Part shown: piece by piece, positions 35,363-44,473 of the stretch
Numbering within the stretch: position 1 is the first letter of the stretch
Layout: each line of letters opens with the position of its first letter
Notes under the pieces: model-generated
Database searches by the model: none
What the model was told of the DNA's origin: nothing
What the model saw: only the letters and a program-made list of their open reading frames with translations
Made by a program: the position numbers and the translations under genes
Source: Methanobacteriota archaeon
GTDB lineage: Archaea; Thermoplasmatota; Thermoplasmata; SG8-5; JAGLSY01
Direction: 5' to 3'
Length of the DNA stretch: 64,000 bases
Assembly (NCBI GenBank): GCA_020697715.1
Contig: JAEHCO010000004.1
Location: 32,001-96,000 of the forward strand

Positions 35363-38068
35363 TTATTCTCGATTAAGTATATCAAAGAATTCACTGATTA
35401 TGGATTGTGCAGAGTGATAAGCAGTATCTGGCTCAAGTTTTCGATTTGTTTTACCATTTTGTTCAAGAAATGCCACACTCAATGCCTGATCAGAGAGGAA
35501 ATAATACAATGGCTTTGATTGAATATTTATGCGATTACTTCGTAATTCATTGTAAAACAAAGTAATAACATCCGCCTCCATCCTCTTAATCGATATCTTG
35601 TTCTTTCCAAAAAAATTAAATTGTTTCTCAGATAATTTTAATTCATCCGATATACAAGTAACAGCTATTTTAAGAGCCTCCCAAGATGAATTAATCCGAT
35701 GCTCAGGAGAATTTATTTTATTAGAAGCATCAATTAGATTGGATTCCATCAATAAAGGGCCAGAAATTTGACCCTCTTCTAATTCTATTTCCACTTCTTT
35801 TTTTTCGTCTGTTTTAAGTTTTTTTCCAGGAGGTCTTATCGGATTATGAGAGAAGCCATTGAGAAATTGTTTTGAATTTATGCTATCATATTCTAAGCCC
35901 TCTAAAAAAGATCTTACGTATTTTTTTAATCTGTATTTAGTTACATGAGTATTTTCAAATGAACCCATAGTAATTCTTTCATCAATCCTTTCAAATATTA
36001 TAGCTAGAGACCCAGAATACATTGAAAAAGGAATTTCCATGTCAATAAATTTTAAATTAAAACGACCGCCTTTTTTAGCCTGAATTCTTTGAATAGAATT
36101 AATTAATATTTCAAAGTAGGGAGATATGTCTTCTTTTTTCCTATCAACATCCCTTTGAAAATCATAAATAAGTTGCATCCCTTTGGCTAAGTCAGGGCTA
36201 ATTTTTGATATTTTAATTGCTGCTCTCGCCCTTGCTGTTTTCAACCCCATCGGAAAAATATTTGAAACAAAGACCTCATCAATTTTTTTTACTTTACTTT
36301 CAGCAGCATGGCAAAATATGTGTTCGGCTTTGCCTAAGATTTCACCAGGTAAGCCCATACTTACTTCACGAATATTATCGCTAGCATCTGTAGTTATTAA
36401 TTCATCGGGATCTTTCCCATTAGCCTCAATTCGTTTTGAAATTAGATCCCATGTTTCTTTATTGCTAAATGGTTCAAGTTTCATCCCCAATTCAGGCCTT
36501 AAGTACCTATAAGGTTCTTCAGATAACATTTCAAGCCAATCAATAGGAATGCAGAGAAGAACCATCCAACGTTCCTGAGCATTGTCTGTAAAGTTTTGAA
36601 GCAATTTTAAAAAATCTTTAATTATTTTTCTTTCATCTTCATCCTTGTATTTTAATCTATCAAGATTATCCAAGAATATTACAACATTCTCGTCCTTAAC
36701 ATTTTCAAAAATTGTATTAAATTCTTTTTTCTCTAAAGATGTTTCTGAGTCACCGGATAGTGATTTGGCTATTTTTTTTGCCTCAGTAATTACAAAATTA
36801 TATAAATCTAATCCACTTAGAATTGGTCTAATTGTGTTTAATGTTTCTATATAAAATATTTTGCATCCATTTGATTCTAAAACATCTTTCATAACTCGAT
36901 GGAGAGTGGTTTTACCAGCTCTTCTTTCTGCAATTATTAGTTTTAACCCACCACTTTGGCTTTGTGCTACAGATAGAGTTCTAGAAATTATTGAATTCAT
37001 AGAATCTGTTTTAATAAGTAGTTCTGAACCTTCACCAAGTATACGATCTGACCATGGGTTCCCATTGAAACCCCAATAAGACATCCAATTGTCTCTATTT
37101 GAAACATCTATGACTTTATCTCTTATTTTTGTATCATCTACATCAACCATTAACTCTAATACATCAGGAGGAGGTTTCTGTAAATTCTCCTGCAGTTCTG
37201 ACGTAATATTATTGTTATCAAAACTAATAACAATTCCATTTTTTTGCAATGGGATTTTTATTAGGTCAATTTCAGAAGAAATTTTGTTAATAATCATAGC
37301 CTTTAATTTTGATGGCACACCTCCAGGCAAATTAGGAATGCGAAGACCCAGTGTAATTATCCCCTCATTAATATTTAAATATTTAGTATAATAATGAATA
37401 TACCAATGTAATTTTGAATCTGGAGGGATAGCTATCAAGTCTAATTTGTTGATTATTACTCTCTCCCACGTTCGATCCAATTCATCCCCAAGACGCAATA
37501 AACATAATATTAAACCAACTCTAATCTTACCTCCTGAAATTTTTTTTATCAATGTTAAATCATTATCTGTGACAGGCCCACTGTGTTTTTCACATATCCA
37601 AGCTATTTCTTTAGCAATATCTGCAAAAACAGTCTTGTTTAAATCAATAGTTAAAGGATTTTCTCCATTAATCAATCCAGCCGAAAGTTTGATTAAATTC
37701 GCTGAACTGATTGCGTGTTTTTTTCTTACTTCAAGAGGTTTCTCTGCTAATTCTGCAATGATTTGCCTTTTATTTACTACTCCCGAATCTTTTATGTTGA
37801 ACATCATTCCAATATCATGAAGCAAGCATGAAGATGCTAAACATAGTATTTCATAATCAGAAAGTTCTTCAAACGTATCCATCTTTGATTCTAATATTTT
37901 ATCAACGATTGAAATTACTCGCAATGAATGACCAATTGAATGGTCTGTGAATATCTCACTAGATGTTCCTAATATATTTCTTAATCGAACTTCAAGATTA
38001 TCTAATTCGGTTTTTTTATCTTTTTCAAGATCATTAAGAAAATTAGCCATTACCATACATTCACCCAC
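35363..38068 (-). CDS. HD-domain (HD-CE-like) plus P-loop ATPase protein, low GC
   Basis: FTDHSIGHSLRV, LLHDIGM, LRLGDELD; IAERRAGKTT, VIFLDNLD; markedly AT-rich relative to flanking genes. Confidence 0.7.
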   Translation of the reverse strand: MGECMVMANFLNDLEKDKKTELDNLEVRLRNILGTSSEIFTDHSIGHSLRVISIVDKILESKMDTFEELSDYEILCLASSCLLHDIGMMFNIKDSGVVNKRQIIAELAEKPLEVRKKHAISSANLIKLSAGLINGENPLTIDLNKTVFADIAKEIAWICEKHSGPVTDNDLTLIKKISGGKIRVGLILCLLRLGDELDRTWERVIINKLDLIAIPPDSKLHWYIHYYTKYLNINEGIITLGLRIPNLPGGVPSKLKAMIINKISSEIDLIKIPLQKNGIVISFDNNNITSELQENLQKPPPDVLELMVDVDDTKIRDKVIDVSNRDNWMSYWGFNGNPWSDRILGEGSELLIKTDSMNSIISRTLSVAQSQSGGLKLIIAERRAGKTTLHRVMKDVLESNGCKIFYIETLNTIRPILSGLDLYNFVITEAKKIAKSLSGDSETSLEKKEFNTIFENVKDENVVIFLDNLDRLKYKDEDERKIIKDFLKLLQNFTDNAQERWMVLLCIPIDWLEMLSEEPYRYLRPELGMKLEPFSNKETWDLISKRIEANGKDPDELITTDASDNIREVSMGLPGEILGKAEHIFCHAAESKVKKIDEVFVSNIFPMGLKTARARAAIKISKISPDLAKGMQLIYDFQRDVDRKKEDISPYFEILINSIQRIQAKKGGRFNLKFIDMEIPFSMYSGSLAIIFERIDERITMGSFENTHVTKYRLKKYVRSFLEGLEYDSINSKQFLNGFSHNPIRPPGKKLKTDEKKEVEIELEEGQISGPLLMESNLIDASNKINSPEHRINSSWEALKIAVTCISDELKLSEKQFNFFGKNKISIKRMEADVITLFYNELRSNRINIQSKPLYYFLSDQALSVAFLEQNGKTNRKLEPDTAYHSAQSIISEFFDILNRE

Positions 38069-38210
38069 TTCTCCCAGAGATATAAAGCTTTAAGCTTGAT
38101 AAGTTTAACGGGAACATAATTCAAAATATTATTTTGTATTATCTTTAGTTCAGCATATTATTATTATTTTGGATAGAATCACACAACAACCCTCGCACTT
38201 ACAAAGCCCT

Positions 38211-38875
38211 GTACCAATTCCTTTTTATATTACACAAAAGCACGCACCAGCGTTTTTTTCTTTTAAAGTTTTCTGCGCTGGTTCGGGCTCATCGAATCAA
38301 AACCAAGGTTTTGACAAAATATATGCGCTCGGGAAATATAGCCAGCTCATCTAAAAAAGAAAAAAATACAGTTAAGAATCAAACCCATTATATGTGTTTG
38401 ATAAAATAATTGCGTAGGATCAATAGGTAAAAGTCGCAATTAAAAATAAGAAACTCGCCCTCGCCTGCTCGAAAACCAAGTCGAATACAAAACACCGCAC
38501 CAGGAAGTTTTTCTTTAACCTCGCTGTGCTCTTAGTTCGAATCGCTATGCTTCTCGAACTAATTATTTGCGAAGTTTACGCAAATAAGGGCTCACCTTCC
38601 AAAGAAAAAGTTCCATTCAAAAGAAACTCAGGTGAGCCTGCTCGCTCGTCATATGTTGATAATTGCTCTGAATACAAAACACCGTACCAATTCCTTTTTA
38701 TATTACACAAAATCGCGCACCAGCGTTTTTTTCTTTCAGGGTTTTCTGCGCTGGTTCGGGCTCAAAAAGAAAAAAATGCCGTTAAATAAGAAACTCGCCC
38801 TCGCCTGCTCGAAAACCAAGTCGAATACAAAACACCGTACCAATTCCTTTATATATTACACAAAAGCGCGTACCA
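38211..38875. repeat. Mosaic of dispersed direct repeats
   Basis: Block A 38211-38291 ~ 38684-38764 (partial third copy 38837-38875); block B 38444-38502 ~ 38784-38842. Confidence 0.85.
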
Positions 38876-38940
38876 ATTCAGTTATATACGATTTCTCAAA
38901 ATATACTCCATTTGAGAAGAATTGGAGGAAGTGGAGCAAA

Positions 38941-39279
38941 ATGATGATCAAGATCTACATAAGTACGCATAGTGAAGGACGATTGAACATGCCATCTAAT
39001 GACCACACAAGGGCCGCACCTCACGGCGGCATGGCCGCGTCGTCGGGCATCCTGGTGGACGATCCAAATTACATCAATATGGAATGCAAAAAAGCAATAG
39101 AGGCAGTCAAGCTCTTTGCAGAAGAGCATGGATTCAATTATAGAATATACGATGTTCGAAATGACTGGCCCGCAATGCGAGCCAGGATAGAAGGAATAAA
39201 AGTATTGCCCACCACGGTCTTTGGAAAGAAGAAGATCGAAGGAATTCCTTCTTTTGATGAAATGGCCGCGTGCTTGTAG
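38941..39279 (+). CDS. Small thioredoxin/glutaredoxin-fold-like protein
   Basis: YRIYDV...ARIEGIKVLPTTVFG..IEGIP resembles the cis-Pro region of the Trx fold; the ORF-track N-terminal extension lies in repeats. Confidence 0.5.
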   Translation: MMIKIYISTHSEGRLNMPSNDHTRAAPHGGMAASSGILVDDPNYINMECKKAIEAVKLFAEEHGFNYRIYDVRNDWPAMRARIEGIKVLPTTVFGKKKIEGIPSFDEMAACL

Positions 39280-39371
39280 GTAGCTCGTAGGTGGAGGGAA
39301 TTTGATATTTCATAAGGACAATGTAGAAATACCATACCCACGGTTTAAGGCGCAGACCGGATGAGAGATTA

Positions 39372-40247
39372 ATGAAACTGCATAATTTAAAAGCGATCAT
39401 AATCATTGCAAACATAATAATTGCAAGTATCAGTATAACCAGCATATACACTGTCGCTTCTGGAAATTTCAATGTCATATTACCAGAACAGGATGATATT
39501 GATTGGGAGGTTCGCGATGGTAAGCTGGTCTTCACCACCAATGTCACCATACAGAACAATGGCTTTTATTCCATAAAGGGATTGAAGATCAATGTGGACC
39601 TTCTTGAGAATTCAACTGGCTTCAAATTGATCGAATACCAGCACACAGTGGATATCATCCCCATGAGAACAGACCATATTGAACAATTGGAGATACCATT
39701 GGACCTTGATCGTTATCAACAATTGTATGCGGAGTTGGATAATTTCATACCTGAGGATTGGTTGGATGAAGTGGACAAGTTCATGTTCAATGACACAGCC
39801 CTGAGCCTTATCATAAGTGTCGAGGCATATTATACAATGAAATTAGTGCGCTTTAATGCGGATTACACATTTGATTTCCTCTGGCCAGCAACAATACAGA
39901 TCTATGATATTGATACATCAAATATCACTCAATATAATAATGGCCCTGGAATTGATCTTGAGCTTCCTTTCACACTGCACACCTCACAATGGATAACAGG
40001 GGATATCAGGGTAGACACACACCTTCAGAACAGCACGATGAATTTCGCTAATTCAATCACCATCATACCTCTGGGACAGAATTATTCCGGGAATTTAAGT
40101 ATTCACTTGAACCCACAAGAGATGGCCAATTTAAAGATAAATACCCAGGCATTGTATTTGGTGGTTATGATATCGACATCCGACCTGGGGATCATCTATA
40201 GAGATATGGTAGAGTTCGCAGCAGATATAGAACTGGAGCAACCATGA
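39372..40247 (+). CDS. Membrane-anchored exported protein of unknown function
   Basis: Single N-terminal hydrophobic segment, beta-rich body; ATGA-type overlap with the next gene. Confidence 0.6.
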   Translation: MKLHNLKAIIIIANIIIASISITSIYTVASGNFNVILPEQDDIDWEVRDGKLVFTTNVTIQNNGFYSIKGLKINVDLLENSTGFKLIEYQHTVDIIPMRTDHIEQLEIPLDLDRYQQLYAELDNFIPEDWLDEVDKFMFNDTALSLIISVEAYYTMKLVRFNADYTFDFLWPATIQIYDIDTSNITQYNNGPGIDLELPFTLHTSQWITGDIRVDTHLQNSTMNFANSITIIPLGQNYSGNLSIHLNPQEMANLKINTQALYLVVMISTSDLGIIYRDMVEFAADIELEQP

Positions 40248-40789
40248 TGGCAGAAGGAACTGGAGAACATAATAAAGATATCCTAGGCGAGGAGACCCAG
40301 GACGAGGATATCCAGAACGTGGACATCCAAAACAGGGATGTCCCAAGAGGAGATGACATATCATCTCAGAATAATGCGAAGAGCCATTATGTATATCCAG
40401 TCATCAATTTGCTCATATACGCCATTCTTCCATTCATTGTCATTACATTTATCAGATCGAACTATACAGACCTCGATCAGGCCAGATTGAACAATGTGAT
40501 AATGTGGACTTCGATAATTGGAACGACCATTGCGATAATATCGTATTTCGAGACATATTATCCGCCAGGGCATAAAGGTCGCCTGGTATCAGGAATTATC
40601 AGCACTGGCATGATGTATATCTGGATATACGGATTATTTGGTGGCACAACGATCAGATCCACTTATGGAGAATATGAATTCTTTATCGACATCAGTCGCA
40701 TGCTGGCTCTGATAATTTTTGGAATTAGTTTGAAATTAATATACAGGATCATTGAATTCATCACTTGCAGGAAAACACAGGCGCAGTGA
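40244..40789 (+). CDS. Four-TM membrane protein of unknown function
   Basis: Acidic N-tail, four hydrophobic segments. Confidence 0.6.
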   Translation: MMAEGTGEHNKDILGEETQDEDIQNVDIQNRDVPRGDDISSQNNAKSHYVYPVINLLIYAILPFIVITFIRSNYTDLDQARLNNVIMWTSIIGTTIAIISYFETYYPPGHKGRLVSGIISTGMMYIWIYGLFGGTTIRSTYGEYEFFIDISRMLALIIFGISLKLIYRIIEFITCRKTQAQ

Positions 40790-40846
40790 ATGATTATTGA
40801 GGTCGTCCCAAAACTTCCATATACTTCTCCTTCCATTATCCTCCCA

Positions 40847-41209
40847 ATGTCACCCACACTTATCGAAGCATTCCAGCCCTTATGCACAGATGTTCAGAAA
40901 GAGGTTCAGAAGGTTCTTAAAAGTATCCTGCTCGGGCCCATGATAAGCGGATACCTGCCGCAGAAATGGATCTTTGCAACATCTCAGGAAGTAGTTACAT
41001 TTTGCCTTGATATAACAGGCGAGGCCAGTGTCATCGAGGGCACTGTGGATGACTCGGATGTGCTCATCAAGATCAGCCATGATCCTCTTTTACAGATACT
41101 GGAAAGCATGGACAAACCAGAAGAGAAGCCAGATATTCTGGATATTAGTTTTCAGACCAGAAAAGGAGAGGCCGCTTTCGGATATATGCGGAAGAGATTT
41201 GGATTATGA
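40847..41209 (+). CDS. SCP2-like (sterol-carrier fold) small protein
   Basis: GEASVIEGTVDDSDVLIKISHD resembles SCP2 motifs; start uncertain (ORF from 40790). Confidence 0.4.
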   Translation: MSPTLIEAFQPLCTDVQKEVQKVLKSILLGPMISGYLPQKWIFATSQEVVTFCLDITGEASVIEGTVDDSDVLIKISHDPLLQILESMDKPEEKPDILDISFQTRKGEAAFGYMRKRFGL

Positions 41210-41375
41210 GACAAATACTCAATAAATTCATTGAATGGATATTTATTAGTTCTTCAAATATCTATTAGATGCAGATTATAGACAATTAGAAAAAATATCC
41301 CGTATGTTAATGTTAACAATCACACGCATTCAATTGTCAAAAACTTATTTATAATATCAGACCTATTTTAGGATA

Positions 41376-42140
41376 ATGGCTGATAAGATCAAATTGAATG
41401 TGGAACTTAAGTTGATCATGGGATTTTTGTTCTTTTTCATAATATCGGGAATGGTTCCAGGTATAGTATCGGTTTTTATCAGCTTATTCGACATTGACAT
41501 TGAAACTGCCAATCTCATGGTCCTGATTATTACATTCTCAGTCTCTGTTATCTTGTGCGTTATTATTGGTCTGTATCTCATAAAATGGATAGCCGAGCCT
41601 ATCAAGAAGCTTATCACGGCCATGGAAAAGATGTTGGAAGGTGACATGACCGTAGATCCTATCGTGACAACTGGTGATGAGATCGAGGCTTTCTCCATAT
41701 CTCTTTTAAGAATGAAATCCAGTTTGATGATAGCCACCCAGATGCTTGGACCTTATGAGGTCGAGGAGCAGGAGATCCCAGAAGTGAAGGGATTTTCCGT
41801 AGGGGAGAAGATGATATTCAGCCTCATCCTGTTCCTTGTATTGAACCCGATCATCACCATTATCCCCGTAATACTTTCACTGGATCTCCTTTTGGGAGCA
41901 TCTATTGCTTCATTGTTATTCTCAGTGATCATGCTATTGATATTCGTCACATACCTGAACAGATCCATAATGGAGCCATTTATCGCACTGACAGAAGCTG
42001 CTGACAAGATAAGCAAGGGGGATTTTGGAACCAGTATAGAGATCAAGAGCTCCGGCGACATAGGAAGATTGGAACTGAACTTCAAGAGGATATCAGATAG
42101 AGTGGAAAGAGCCATAAAGGAGATGGAAAATGGTCAATGA
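41376..42140 (+). CDS. Membrane protein with two tandem TM-TM-HAMP units and no output domain
   Basis: EPIKKLITAMEKMLEGD..GDEIEAFS and EPFIALTEAADKISKGD..GDIGRLELNF. Confidence 0.8.
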   Translation: MADKIKLNVELKLIMGFLFFFIISGMVPGIVSVFISLFDIDIETANLMVLIITFSVSVILCVIIGLYLIKWIAEPIKKLITAMEKMLEGDMTVDPIVTTGDEIEAFSISLLRMKSSLMIATQMLGPYEVEEQEIPEVKGFSVGEKMIFSLILFLVLNPIITIIPVILSLDLLLGASIASLLFSVIMLLIFVTYLNRSIMEPFIALTEAADKISKGDFGTSIEIKSSGDIGRLELNFKRISDRVERAIKEMENGQ

Positions 42141-42360
42141 TGCAGATATCCAGGCAATGGAGAATATAATAATCGAGCATGCAGGACCTATGGGTAAATT
42201 TGTAATAAAGAAAGCAATCGCGGATATCGGGATAGATCCCAATAGTTATGGTAGGGATTCAGCCAATAAGCTCATCAATATGGTTCTGGAAAGATCCATA
42301 TTCGACACTGCGAAATGGGATCCCCTCAGAAAACAGATACTTTCGGCCTGGACTCAGTGA
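42130..42360 (+). CDS. Small helical protein of unknown function
   Basis: Overlaps the HAMP gene end, GGAG SD, HAGPMGKFVIKK motif. Confidence 0.6.
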   Translation: MVNDADIQAMENIIIEHAGPMGKFVIKKAIADIGIDPNSYGRDSANKLINMVLERSIFDTAKWDPLRKQILSAWTQ

Positions 42361-42369
42361 CCGAGATCT

Positions 42370-43698
42370 TCAAACCTTGACTTCCTTCCACTTGCCAGAC
42401 CGGAATCTCCACAATATTATAATAGATCTTACATAATATTCTACTATGAAGGCTATCCAGGCTCCCATTATTCCCAGTCCCATGTAGAATCCGAGGAGTG
42501 CCGCGAAGGGCAATCGAATTGCATAGATACCAAAGGAGGACGCATAGAGAGGCCAACGCGTGTCGCCGGCTCCTCTCAATCCTCCAGACAAAGTGAAGAA
42601 AAGGCCAATGGCGGGCATACTGAAGGCCAGAAGGCGGATCCACAGAGCCGTGTATGTCAGAGTATCCGGGTCGCTGATGAAGAGTCTGGCCATTGGATCT
42701 GCGAGGAAGAATAATACCACACCTATGGCGGTCATGACCAATGCGGAAAGCTTGGCAGATTCCACTGCTGACCTTTCGGAGGTCTTTGGTTTTTTGGCTC
42801 CCAGGTATTGGCCAACGAGAGCTGTTGCGGCCATGGAGAACCCTATGCCAGGCATGAAAGCCAATCCCTGGATCCTCATACCGATCTGATGGGCGGCAAG
42901 AGCCTCAGTTCCGAAATACACGATTATGAAAGTATATACCAAAAATCCAGTTTGGATAAGTATCTGTTCCGCGGCGGCAGGAGTGCCGACCTTCAATATA
43001 CGACGCATGATGGATCTATCAAATATCACGTGATTGCGTTCCAACTTAAGCCTAAGCTTACCCCGTGAGAGAAGGAGGATATAACATACACCTCCGATCA
43101 TGAAAGATATGACATTGCCGATAGCCGCTCCCTTGACCCCCATTTCTGGGAATCCAAGCTCACCGAATATGAGCACATATCCGAAGAATATGTTCACCAC
43201 ATTGTTCAGAATGCCAATGGCGAGCGGGGTCTTCATATCTCCCGAACCCCTGAGTGCGGCAGCCGAAAGAAATTCAATGAATTGGAAAGTAGTTCCCAGG
43301 AAGGTGATCTTAACATAAATGGAGCCGAACCCAAGAACATCTGGCTCCGAACCGAACATGGCAAGAAAATCTGTCCCGAAGAACCAGCCCAAGATGGTTA
43401 TGGGAATGGAAAGTATCAGACCAAGAAGTAGTGATTGTTTGAGGGCACGGTTTGCCATCTTGGGTTTTTTGGCTCCCGTGTATCTGGCAACTAGGGCTAT
43501 GGTTCCCGTGCTCACGGCCATCATGACCATGAAGGATATTTGAACCACCTGGCCTCCCAGACCAACGCCCGCAACAGCCGCAGGACCCAGTTTGCCCACC
43601 ATTATCATGTTCACGGTCATCATGATGGTAGCGAAAAGATTGGTCAATATTATCGGCCAGGCGAAACTGAATATCTTCTTTCTTAATTTCTTGTTCAT
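42370..43698 (-). CDS. MATE family efflux transporter
   Basis: VGKLGPAAVAG, LRGSGDMKTP, LRGAGDTRWP, about 12 TM. Confidence 0.93.
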   Translation of the reverse strand: MNKKLRKKIFSFAWPIILTNLFATIMMTVNMIMVGKLGPAAVAGVGLGGQVVQISFMVMMAVSTGTIALVARYTGAKKPKMANRALKQSLLLGLILSIPITILGWFFGTDFLAMFGSEPDVLGFGSIYVKITFLGTTFQFIEFLSAAALRGSGDMKTPLAIGILNNVVNIFFGYVLIFGELGFPEMGVKGAAIGNVISFMIGGVCYILLLSRGKLRLKLERNHVIFDRSIMRRILKVGTPAAAEQILIQTGFLVYTFIIVYFGTEALAAHQIGMRIQGLAFMPGIGFSMAATALVGQYLGAKKPKTSERSAVESAKLSALVMTAIGVVLFFLADPMARLFISDPDTLTYTALWIRLLAFSMPAIGLFFTLSGGLRGAGDTRWPLYASSFGIYAIRLPFAALLGFYMGLGIMGAWIAFIVEYYVRSIIILWRFRSGKWKEVKV

Positions 43699-43703
43699 AC
43701 GGG

Positions 43704-43768
43704 ACACTTGCATGCATATGCATATATGAAAATGAGTTATATAAACATTTGCATGATTGTGCAAATGT
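43704..43768. promoter_or_regulatory. Two TGCA-N6-TGCA operator-like palindromes between the MATE gene and its regulator
   Basis: ACATTTGCA-TGATTG-TGCAAATGT (43745-43768, perfect); degenerate copy at 43704-43727. Confidence 0.6.
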
Positions 43769-43806
43769 ACAAAGATATAAATATTCCAAGTTCTATATTA
43801 GGGGCA

Positions 43807-44382
43807 ATGGTAGATGAGATAAGAATAGTGGATGACCCCGCAACAATTAAGCTCATGATAGATGAGACAAGAAGGACCATCCTGGAGCTATTGAGGCTCA
43901 ATGATCTCACAATTGAGCAGATGGCCAGCATACTTGAGAAAGACCAGTCCACCATCTATCGTCATGTGGAAAAACTGGTGAATGCGGGCATCATCGAGCA
44001 GACCGGCGAGAAGAAGGACCATCACATTCCCAAGAAGCTGTATGGCCGGACAGCCAAGATATTCTTTATGGCCCCCAGTATCGATGCGGTCCCTGAGAAG
44101 GATGAGCTTCTGAAGATGTGGGAGAAGAGCAGCGGGACCATCGCCACCCTGCTTGAACAGATAGGCTATGAGGGAAAGGACGACCCAGAACAAAATGTAA
44201 AAGCCGCATTCCTGGATATTCAGAAAGTGGTCTCGGAAAGAATGAAAGCCCTTCCACCAGATGCAAACCTAAATTTCTATACCATCTGGAAGCTTCAAAT
44301 GGCCATCATGATCCTGGAGATGGAGAATGATCCTAAGCTCAAGAAGAAGGTCAAGAAATTCGTGGATTCTTATAAAGTTTAA
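43807..44382 (+). CDS. ArsR-like winged-helix regulator
   Basis: DETRRTILELL..LTIEQMASILEKDQSTIYRHVEKLVNAGII. Confidence 0.85.
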   Translation: MVDEIRIVDDPATIKLMIDETRRTILELLRLNDLTIEQMASILEKDQSTIYRHVEKLVNAGIIEQTGEKKDHHIPKKLYGRTAKIFFMAPSIDAVPEKDELLKMWEKSSGTIATLLEQIGYEGKDDPEQNVKAAFLDIQKVVSERMKALPPDANLNFYTIWKLQMAIMILEMENDPKLKKKVKKFVDSYKV

Positions 44383-44473
44383 GACCAGGTTATTTCATTA
44401 TGATCATTTTAGTATTTTTCATTTTACTATTTTGCCAAAACAATTCTATAGTTACTGATAATTGTATAAGTGC

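Noticed and set aside
38211-38875. Possible CRISPR array
   Set aside because: Repeats are 60-80 bp, irregularly spaced and interleaved, with no unique equal-length spacers and no cas genes.
38632-38940. N-terminal extension of the 215-aa ORF, and ORF 38526..38789
   Set aside because: They translate the non-coding repeat mosaic (duplicated NTKHRTNSF); the real start is more likely 38941.
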